A stretch of 64,000 bases of DNA, taken from Octopus sinensis (lineage: Eukaryota). The notes under the pieces were generated by a model. That model ran no database searches, was not told where the DNA came from, and worked only from the letters and a program-made list of their open reading frames with translations. Made by a program: the position numbers and the translations under genes. The stretch is taken from NCBI RefSeq assembly GCF_006345805.1, contig NC_043016.1:2294001-2358000 (forward strand), written 5' to 3'. Of this stretch, positions 53,701 through 64,000 are shown in pieces. Position 1 is the first letter of the stretch; each line of letters starts with the position of its first letter.

Positions 53701-54100
53701 GTTCGAGAGAAGAGCTACAGGCACGGTTGGAAAACCATCACCGGACCGACCTGCCCTAGATGCGGTCAGAGCGACGAAACCGTTCTGCACGCACTCGTGC
53801 AGTGTCCAGATATTTCAGAGCTGTGGTCCTTCGTCGAACAGCTGTTGTCACGTGTAGGACGGGCTCGTCTATCGGCGAGTCTATCCTGAATATTGTCCCA
53901 CCACCTTCCTTTAAACGGGAAGGGAAAACGGTTTTCGTTACGCTGATGGCTATGGCGAAAGAATGTGTGTGGTGGACGCGTTTGAAAGGACTGCAAACAA
54001 ACACCTTGCTCTCTGGTCAGTCTCTCGTCAACTTTTTCAAGTACCACTTGGAAAGAAGGCTTTGTCGAACGAATGTTTTAATAAAAAGTGGGTAAAAGTG
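50721..54100 (+). pseudogene. Tx1 ORF2 (APE endonuclease, RT, zinc finger), disrupted
   Basis: NARGL, ISETR, VYAP, GDWN, YLDRI, TDH; RQGCPLS, YADD; CPRC..H..C. Confidence 0.93.
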
Positions 54101-54454
54101 GCAAAAATGGTCAGACAACACTATTTTAAGCATAAATCTGTAACCAAAAGAGACAACGAGAAGTAAGGCGACTTACTCATGTGTTCTTTTTCGAATTGTC
54201 TGAGGTGACCTTGATCTTTTTTGTAGGTTTTTCTTTCCAAGGCTACACCTAAACTGTGAACCTTACATATATATATATATATATATAGCTTTTTTATACA
54301 CCACACAACCCACAGATCCCTATTGATAGAACGTTTTTTTTTTGTTCTTTTTTGAGCCCCAACCATCCCACCTCGAAAAGAAAAAATTCTACATTGTATT
54401 TCGTCCATTTTTGTTGTGTTTAGCCCTGTGTGTCTACAATCAACAGTTATCTAC

Positions 54455-54554
<100 letters not shown>

Positions 54555-54675
54555 CTTTCTATCTATATATCTATCTATCTATCTATCTATCCATCTATCT
54601 ATCTTTCTATCTCTCTATCTCTCTATTTATCTTTCTATCTATCTATCTATCTTTCTATCTTTCTATCTTTCTCTC

Positions 54676-54744
<69 letters not shown>

Positions 54745-55449
54745 TTATCTATCTATCTTTCTATCTCTCTATTTACCCATCTATGTATGTAACTACCTTT
54801 GTATCTATTTCACTGTTTCTATATCTGTTAATTTTGCTTGCTAGCTAGCTTTCTATTAATATGCTTGCCTATCTATCTCTCATTTCTTTATTCTCTTCAG
54901 ATTATATACATATATAACTATATGTGTATATCTGTAATCTGAAGAAAATGGATAAATGTATACCCATATCTTCACACTTACTATGGACAAAGTTTTACTA
55001 CATTTAAAAAACTATCTATATAATATTATAATATTATTAAGTTCTAAAGAAAGATAATACCACAGTCAGCTAATGATATCATGAGATACAGATATTGTAC
55101 ATATCCTTATGTCTTGCAATAATTCTTATATTCCTGCATTGAGAAACATCGAGAATTTTGTTTTGTGTGTGTGTGTTGTAACTGAAGTTTTGGTGATGAA
55201 CAATGAAAAATCGTCGCTCGTGTATGTGTGTGTATATGAAAAATTTCGATGCTATTTAATATTTTCAATGAAATTTATGAATTTGTTCTATATTATGTTT
55301 TATAAACAGTATTTGATAAGATGTTGTTCCAAGGGGACTTCAGTGTTTTATGTAAAGGTCTCATGCATAGGCACAAAGCGTTAATTTGGGAGGAAGGGAA
55401 CAGTCAACTACATTGAGCCCAGTTCATTATATCGTTTGGTACTTTTATC

Positions 55450-55840
55450 ATGGAGGCGCAATGGCCCAGTGGTTAGGGCAGCAGACTCACGGCCTTAGGA
55501 TCGCGGTTTCGATTTCCAGACCGAGCATTGTGAGTGTTTATTGAGCGAAAACATCTAAACCTCCATGAGTCTCCGGTAGGGGGTGGTGGTGAACCCTGCT
55601 GTACTCTTTCACCACAACTTTCTCTCATTCTTTCTTCCTGTTTCTGTTGTACCTGTATTTCAAAGGGCCAGCCTTGTCACACTTTGTGTCACGCTGAATC
55701 TCCCCGAGAACTACGTTAAGGGTACACGTGTCTGTGGAGTGCTCAGCCACTTGCACGTTCATTTCATGAGCAGGCTGTTCCGTTGGTCGTGGTCGGATTA
55801 ATTAGAACCCTCGTTGTCGTAAACGACGGAGTGCCAAGAC
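55450..55840 (+). mobile_element. tRNA-derived SINE, family C
   Basis: GGCGCAATGGCCCAGTGGTTAG...GGTTTCGATTTCC head; second copy at 60430. Confidence 0.8.
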
Positions 55841-55842
55841 GA

Positions 55843-55992
<150 letters not shown>

Positions 55993-56192
55993 GGGAATAA
56001 ATCCAAACTTACAGGGAAAATCAGATTTAGGATTGAATCCAATTTTATAGTAAAATATTATATTATATTAAATTAGAGACAAAACCACTATTAGGCAAAT
56101 CAAACAATGAAAAACTTAAGCCAATACATAAGATTATTTAATTTATATTATTTAAATATATAGAAAATTATTAAAAAATATAATTAATATCA

Positions 56193-56256
56193 CACTACGA
56201 TCGTTTCATGCCTGCTAACTTCTTCAAATTTTTGAGTCGCAGTCATTCATCAGGTG
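56193..56256 (-). ncRNA. Minimal type I hammerhead ribozyme with canonical CUGAUGA core
   Basis: Minus strand: CAC-CTGATGA-ATGACTGC..GCAGGCAT-GAAA-CGATCG-TA-GTG. Confidence 0.8.
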
Positions 56257-57720
56257 GTTTAAATATCTAAAATATAATCAATATTTTTAAAATATAAATA
56301 ATATATATAATATAATATTTTTACTTACAATAAACTCTATTATTAAATATGATTATATCGAAATCGACTATAATGTTAAATATTAACTTTAATTTATAAG
56401 GTAGAAAACCCATAATCTAATATCAATATTAGCTTATATCTAATTACATAAATATTTAAAATGACTAATATATATAAATTATCAATGAAAATATATATAA
56501 ATATTATAATCAAGATCTAAAATAATCTCTATAAATAATTGTATATAATGAAAACCTAATAAATTTAATTTTTCATATTTAAAGATGAAATAGCTAATTT
56601 CAAAATACAAATAAACTAACTTAAACGGACTTTCAAAATCTTATGTAAAATACTTATAGAAATATTCAATTCTTAATAATATAGTATCAAATAAATACTA
56701 TAAGTACTATAAATATAATTATGAATGGGAATAATTATCTAATATAAATTATGCTATTAAATTAGACATGGCCTAGAGCAATCTTTAGTCGAAGCATATC
56801 TAATTTTATCAAAGTTTATCTAATTTATTTAATATCTAATAACATAAAAAATACGATAATTAGATCATTACATAAACAACGATACTTACATAAGGAGAAT
56901 ATTATTACTCCAAAGGCTTATACAATATTAAAATTTACAATTTGAAGATCTTAAAAAGATACATACTTATCTTGACGAGGTTTAAACAATGAACTAAAAT
57001 TTTGAATCAAAAAACGTCTTATACAGCGTTTATAAGAATACTCATGGAAATACGTTATTAGCAAAAAAAAGAATAAATTGTTGAAGAAGTCATTACGCGT
57101 GAGGAACCTACGTTTATTAAAGATTATGAATGGAAAATTATATGTTTATCATTATAAAAAGAATGAAATCACAAATAAAGAATAAAATCTCTCTATACTA
57201 TAATATTTATTAATAAAATAACTATGATAAATGAAACTTAATACAAAATAAATTAAATGATTAATAACCACTTATTATTAAATATATTCTAAAAATCTAA
57301 TAGGATTAATAAATACATAAAAATTAATTTATATAGTAACCCCACTACATATTATAAATTCTTTCCCATACCCTTATAATTATAAGCTAAAATTAGTGAT
57401 CATAACAAATCTATATATACTAATCAAAATTTGTAGTATAACTATACATACGTATACATAAATATATAAGAAAATATCCATACATATACATATATATATA
57501 TACATATATACACATATACACATATACATACATATACATATACATACACATATACACATACATACACACATACATTCATATACATATATACACACATATA
57601 TACACACACTTACACCCATACACATATGCACACTCATACATACATGTACATACATACAATACTCAATATATACACTTACACCAATATATACACACCCACA
57701 CACATACAAATAAATAAATG

Positions 57721-57772
<52 letters not shown>

Positions 57773-58291
57773 TCATCAAATACACATATATACAAACACA
57801 CACTTCCACATATATTATAAATAAATAGATATATAAATGTCTATAATCATACTACAATACAAAATAGAGGTAAATATTAAGTTAAATCTAAAAAATTAAT
57901 CTACTAATCTATACTTCTATATTAAATAAAATGGATTAAATAAACAACTAAATAAAACTATTTCAAATATAAAGAGATTACATACAAATAGATTAATATA
58001 ACAAAATTATAATTTAACGAAGTTATAATAGAAATATAACACAATATATAAAATAAATAAAATTGTAACTTACTAGACTCAATATTCAACAAACCATTAA
58101 ATATTTATTATTTAGTAATAAAATATTTAGTAATAAAATGAAAAACCATCTATAATCTAACTATAATTAAAAACAGAACCTAAATAACTAAAATAAACTA
58201 TTATAATATGTACTACAAATCACCTGGTATATTTATAATACTATTACATAAAACAACAAATAGGGAGCTAATTAAGGCTAATAAATAATTA

Positions 58292-59917
58292 TTATTTATC
58301 AAGAAATTTATTATATAAGTAAAGTAACTTGTGTCTGCATTTTATTTTGCGCTCATCACAGATATTCAGTAAATTATTATGCTTATAAAATAAAATTTCC
58401 TTAAACTCATTAGAGCACAAATAACAAAAATTCGCTCCTATAGTATATGATTTAGTTTTACTAATTATTTCCCAAGATAAATTATAATTAATATTTTGGG
58501 ATTTAAGTCTCCAAATGTACTTGCTAAGTCCAGTGGAGTTAATTAAGTTTTTATTTTTAAATGAATTCAAGTGTTGTGCGATTCTTAATTTTATTTTAGA
58601 GGACCCTATATATATCGCATTTGAGTTATTATTATTCTTAATATTCTTATCATATAATGTAACTATACATTTATACACTACATCATTAGTATCACATTTA
58701 TTATTTAATTTACATTTAGATTTATCTCTACATGTACAGTTAATTAGTGTCTTGTCTTTATTATTGGTATTATTATATAATTTATTTTTATAAAAATTAT
58801 TCAGTTTAAATTTGTTAAAAGAAGAAATAATGTTACCTACACTATTGGTGGTGGAATAACCTACTCCAAAATTATTACTAGAGAAAATGCTTTTATATTT
58901 ACGATTATCTCGAATAAATAGTTCAATAATATCTAAAATCTCTTTAATAATGTTCGTTTTAACTTGAGCACCATAAGGAACTATTAACAAATTTTATTCT
59001 TATTTTCCTTCTTATTATTATTAAAACTGTCATTATTATTGTTGTAATTATATTTCTTTATCATATTAATATTATTATTATTATTATTATTATTATTATC
59101 AGATTTATATTTATAATCAACATTTAAAGAATTATTAAAGTTATTAATTTTATTTTTATTTTTATTATTATCATTTTTTTTATTCTTATTTTTATTTATA
59201 TTATTTTTTTTTATAATTTCTAATATTTTTACCACTATTACTAACAAAATTATTATAATTATTATTAATATTTTTATCTCTAATATTATTAGTTATATCT
59301 TTATCTTTATTTTTAATAAAAAAATTAATATTACTATTATAACCTGCCTCTCTAAGGACCTCATTATAATAAGGAGCATGTTTATTAAAAATCTCTAAAT
59401 CATAAGAAAGTAATGATATACGTTTACTTATATTATTAATCAATGATTTTTTAATTGATAGTGGGTGATTACTATTAACATTTATATATCTAAGGTTCTC
59501 ATTAAGTTTATGATATGGTTGTGTTTTACCTGTAATTAGATTAAAATTAACATCTAAATAATTAACATTAAAATTCTCATTATATATAGTGATACTTAAA
59601 CCATATCTTTTAAAGAAACTATAAAGTTTTTTCTTATATACTTCTATGTTCCTATTAGTGCAATTCTTAGTAATTAGTAGAAGGTCATCCCTATATAAAC
59701 CACCCTCTATTTTTAAATTTTCTAATTGGAGTTCAGATAAAAGATAAATACCTACTAAATCCGTAGCTTGTGCAGAATCAGGTGCTCCCATAGGTATATC
59801 AAAAAATCCCTAGTATCTTTACTAGCCCATAATTTATTTTTATATTTAATGCGCGATTTCCTAGCCATTTTAATTACATTAACTTCTTCAAATGTCATTC
59901 CCACTTTATTCATTGCA
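58292..59917 (-). pseudogene. Naiad RT (C-terminal half) + GIY-YIG endonuclease
   Basis: MGAPDSAQATDLVG, YRDD, SNHP, CTCRDKSKC, YIG, CYLC, KCRH. Confidence 0.88.
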
Positions 59918-59936
59918 ATATATATATATATATATA

Positions 59937-60101
59937 GGCGCAGGAGTGGCTGTGTGGTAAGTAGCTTGCTAACCAACCACATTGTTCCGGGTTCAGTCCC
60001 ACTGCGTGGCATCTTGGGCAAGTGTCTTCTGCTATAGCCCCGAGCTGACCAATGCCTTGTGAGTGGATTTGGTAGACGGAAACTGAAAGAAGCCCGTCGT
60101 G

Positions 60102-60142
<41 letters not shown>

Positions 60143-60361
60143 TTGTGTGTCTGTGGTTGTCCCCCTAGCATTGCTTGACAACCGATGCTGGTGTGTTTAC
60201 GTCCCCGTCACTTAGCGGTTCGGCAAAAGAGACCGATAGAATAAGTACTGGGCTTACAAAGAATAAGTCCCGGGGTCGATTTGCCCGACTAAAGGCGGTG
60301 CTCCAGCATGGCCGCAGTCAAATGACTGAAACAAGTAAGAGTAAAGAGAGTAAGAGTAAGA

Positions 60362-60363
<2 letters not shown>
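59937..60363 (+). mobile_element. SINE family A, full length, in (TA)n
   Basis: Intact head, internal microsatellite, (GAGTAA)n tail. Confidence 0.92.
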
Positions 60364-60417
<54 letters not shown>

Positions 60418-60429
60418 TACATATTTGTG

Positions 60430-60735
60430 CAGACGCAATGGCCGACTGGTAGGAAGCGGACTCGCTGGGGTAGGATCGCAGTTTCGATTTCCAGACTACA
60501 GGGTTGTGTTTATTGTGTGAAAACCTCTGAAAACTCCGTCAAGGGGTGGTGATGTTCTCTGCAGTACTCTTTCACCTCAACTTTCTCTCAGTCTTTCTTC
60601 CTGTTTCTGTTGTACCTGTGGGTTACGATGAATCTCCCCGAGAACTACGTTAAAGGTACGCGTGTCTGTGGAGTGCTCAGCCACTTGCCCATTAATTTTA
60701 CGAGCAGGCTGTTCCGTTGATCGGATCAACTGGAA
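60430..60735 (+). mobile_element. SINE family C, degenerate
   Basis: Similar to 55450-55840. Confidence 0.75.
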
Positions 60736-60874
60736 TACTTTATTTTATTGACCCTGGAATAATGAAAGTAATAGCCGACCAAAACGGGCTTTTAACTCAG
60801 AACGTAAAGAAAAAGAACAAATATTGTTCCGAAGTTCTAAAAATCTAGTTAATCTTTCCACCTCACTGCTTATA

Positions 60875-61090
60875 CGAAGGGCTGCTGAAAAGTTCCTGGC
60901 TTTGGGTAACAAAAATATACAAGAGGATCAATAAATATGATTTTATTCAACTTATTCCCCTCTCAGATTCACACACATATTGCAACGGCCCTTCATTGTT
61001 TTAAGCCTTGCAAAAGGACTCGGAAGGTTGGGCCTTTAAGCGGGCTTTTCATGACACTCTTAAAGCCAGGAACTTTTCAGCACTCCCTCA
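60875..61090. mobile_element. mariner-type MITE
   Basis: TIRs GGGCTGCTGAAAAGTTCCTGGCTTT / AAAGCCAGGAACTTTTCAGCACTCCC, flanked by TA. Confidence 0.8.
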
Positions 61091-61325
61091 TATATTGTTT
61101 CAAATTTTGACACAAAGACGGGTAATTTAATGGGAGAGAGTTAATTGATTACATCGACCCCTATACTTGACTGATATCGAAAGGATAAGAAGCAAAACTG
61201 ACATCGGTAAAATTTGAACGCAGAACATAAAGAGATGGAAGAAATGGAGTTCAGCATATGCATGTTCGATATGTTAACGATTCTGCCACCTCGCTCGCTG
61301 CCTTATCACTGCTATATATTATATA

Positions 61326-62497
61326 TCTTTATCTGAGAATGTGTCTCTGTCTGTCTGTCTGTGTGCTTCCCTAAAACATGAGAACTACACAACCAATTTC
61401 ATTCAAATTTTACACATGCCTTACTTATGGTCCGGGGAGTGTCATCGGCAAAAACATTTTTTAACTTTGTGCCTAGGGCGAGCCCACAGCAATATCATAT
61501 CTTCTCCACTACGATTCCCTAAAACTTGAGAACTACACAACCAATTTCATTCAAATTTTACACATGCCTTACTTAGGGTCCATGTAGTTTCAGGGGAAAC
61601 AATGTTCAACTTCTTGCCTAGAGCGAGCCCATACAATATCAGATCTTCTCCACTATTTCAGTATTACGTGTTAAAAGTGAAACAAAAATATTTCTCTATT
61701 TTATGTCAGATGCTTTCACTTTAACAATAAAAATAATAATAACAATTGAATTATATGTAGTAAGTAATAATTAAAATCAAGCTGAAGTATAATATAATCG
61801 TAACATAACAAAAGTAAAAATAGCAATTGGTATGAAATTGCATCAATGATTTGAACTTGAAAAAGTGGTTTCACATGAATGGGAATAAATTAAAAATAAA
61901 ATTAGCATGCAGAAATGGAATAGTCCAGATGGATAATAAAAAATCAAATTAAAGAAAATACTATTGTCTATAAAGTATGCAATGTAGAGAAAAGAGATTT
62001 GAACACATGGAGGGAAGCACCTCCGAAAAGTGTCTTGGTGTGACTATGAAAGATATCTAATCAGAGGCGGTAGATTCGCCACAATAGAAGCAAGTTTCGA
62101 GTCAATGGAGTGTGCAAGGGAGTACTCGACTCGAACTGAACTTGCAAAGTGGAAATATTTTATTTTTACTTTTATATCTGGGACGTAGGACGTCCAGAAA
62201 AAAAAATTAAAATCCCCCTCCCCACCAGAAGTAGAGGTAGGCTGGATTGTAGCCACACTTCTATACAAAAGGGAGGACAAGATACAATTGCTCGAAATTA
62301 CAAGAGACGGGCTAACAATTCCAGTCTGTTATATATTTTGCGTATTGTTATCACTAGCGATATCAAGATATAACTTTGTATTTTGCATTTTATGTGTAGA
62401 TGTATATAGAGAGATGTACATGTAATATGTACACATATATATACACATATATACATGCACTAGCACTATGACCGCAACGATGTGTCTTTAATGCTAG
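61326..62497 (+). mobile_element. Non-autonomous Helitron-like element (copy 1)
   Basis: 5' TC..., (GTCT)n, CCAATTTCATTCAAATTTTACAC block duplicated internally; 3' CGCAACG...CTAG|T terminus. Confidence 0.65.
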
Positions 62498-62503
62498 TAT
62501 TAT

Positions 62504-62519
<16 letters not shown>

Positions 62520-62537
<18 letters not shown>

Positions 62538-63550
62538 AAACTGAGAATGTCTGTCTACCTGTCTGTGTGTTTCCCTAAAACTTCAGAACTACACAACCAA
62601 TTTCATTCAAGTTTTACACATGCCTTACTTAAGGTCCGGGGAGTGTCATCGGCAAAAACATTTTTTTAACTTTTGCCTAGGGTGACCCCACAACAATATC
62701 ATATCTTCTCCACTATTTCAGTATTACGTGTTAAAAGTGAAACAAAAACATCTCTCTTTTGTAATGCAGACACTTGTATTTTAATACTGAAACTATTAAA
62801 GTGAAAGTATTATATAACAGGGATGAACAGTGGTCATCCATTTTGCTAGAAGAAGATCCGCTATGATCTTATATACTACACCACTGGTTTTCAATTCATA
62901 TTAATCAAATTAATATTCAATTTTTCACCCTTATTATGTGTGTGTGTGTGTGTGTGTGTGTGTATTAGCAATTCGTATAAAATTGCATCAATGTCTTGAA
63001 CTTGAATAAGTGGTTTCACAAAAATGGGGATAAATTTAAAAAGGTTTGTTGTTATTATTACTGTTTGACTATTGTAATCACGTTTGTTGGCTCCTCGTCA
63101 GGGAAACGTTGTTGTGTTGGATTTGTTAAATAATTGTAAATCGTATCCCTCCCCCTTTCGGAGAATGGGGCTTTGGTTATTGTTTAAAAATTGAATTTTG
63201 TCCCTGTTTGGGGAAATTGACAATATTTTCACCGTCTTTACGGAAGCATTTTTGTTAAAATGCTTTCGATAGAAGAAAGTCCAAAAATGAATTTCACTGC
63301 AGCCGTACACTTCTATACAAGAGGGAGGACAAGATCCAATTGATCGAAATTGCAAGAGACGGGCCTACAATTCCAGTCTATTATATATTTTGAATATTGT
63401 TATCACTAGCAATATCAAGATATAACTTTGCATTTTGTATTTTATGTGTAGATGTATATATATATAGATGTACATGTAATAGGTACACATATATATACAC
63501 ATATATATATGCATAATATATCTACCCATACACATATACGGACACACACA
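62520..63550 (+). mobile_element. Helitron-like element (copy 2), tandem with copy 1
   Basis: Repeats the 5' block and the 62245-62450 block of copy 1. Confidence 0.6.
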
Positions 63551-63555
63551 TACAT

Positions 63556-63690
63556 AGGGGCAGGTGCGGCTGTTTGGTAACAAACTACGTTCCAAACGCA
63601 TGGTCCTGGCTTCAGTCCCACTGTGTGGTGACTTGGCATGTGTCTTCTGCTGTAGCCTCAGACCAACAAAAGCCTTCTCAGTGAATTTTG
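63556..63690 (+). mobile_element. SINE family A, degenerate 5' part
   Basis: GCGGCTGTTTGGTAA...TTCAGTCCCACTGTGTGG...AAAGCCTT. Confidence 0.6.
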
Positions 63691-63914
63691 TACATATATA
63701 CAGACATACATACATATATATACTTGCATACGTACATATTCGACATAAACACTCTACCACTACAACTAATAACTGTTGGGAACACTTTCAAACCTGCCTT
63801 ACATTCGAACCGGAATCTCAAAAACATTGTTCCCTTACATCTCATTCTCATTTCATTCCCAACACAGGGAAATAAAACTTACTTCTCACTACGGGACAAT
63901 GGATGATGGTAACA

Positions 63915-64000
63915 GATATTTACTACAGAACTATTCTTAACAGTGTACGCCAACGCGAGGGACGAATCTGCTTCCTCGATGCTCCTGGAGGGACAGGAAA
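63915..64000 (+). pseudogene. PIF1-family helicase fragment (Helitron RepHel), runs off the window
   Basis: Translation RTILNSVRQREGRICFLDAPGGTG(K) is the Helitron helicase Walker A motif. Confidence 0.8.

Larger units (their letters stand above)
49535..54447 (+). mobile_element. Near-complete Tx1/L1-clade LINE (ORF1+ORF2), flanked by (CTAT)n on both sides
   Basis: (CTAT)n at about 49309-49534 and 54448-54760; ORF1 with zinc knuckle; ORF2 APE-RT-CCHC. Confidence 0.92.

Noticed and set aside
55450-55525. tRNA gene
   Set aside because: The tRNA-like head continues into a repeated SINE body; no intact cloverleaf or T-run terminator.
61368-61655. CRISPR-like or satellite array
   Set aside because: Just two units of about 148 bp inside a Helitron-like element in eukaryotic DNA; no spacers or cas genes.

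Overview
AT-rich, repeat-saturated animal genomic DNA. The SINE and microsatellite content suggests an octopus or other cephalopod (inference). I found no host protein-coding gene I can support; most of the ORF track is microsatellite noise. The window contains: two tandem R4/Dong-type RLE LINEs in (TAA)n; several Tx1/L1-clade LINE copies that end in (CTAT)n; Naiad-type Penelope-like elements (PLEs) with pseudo-LTRs and hammerhead ribozyme motifs; a Tc1 DD34E transposon; MITEs; Helitron pieces; and three SINE families. The most interesting signal is two divergent ORF1 (HAL1-like) retroelements inserted at the same nucleotide of a SINE tRNA-like head. The complete copy lacks ORF2, has a 15-bp target-site duplication (TSD) and has a 3' end resembling the local Tx1 LINEs. 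Other highlights are a PLE hammerhead with a compensatory stem change, several atypical-core hammerhead-like motifs, a near-perfect foldback at a LINE 5' junction, and a LINE ORF1 fragment inside a Helitron. All coordinates were read by eye.
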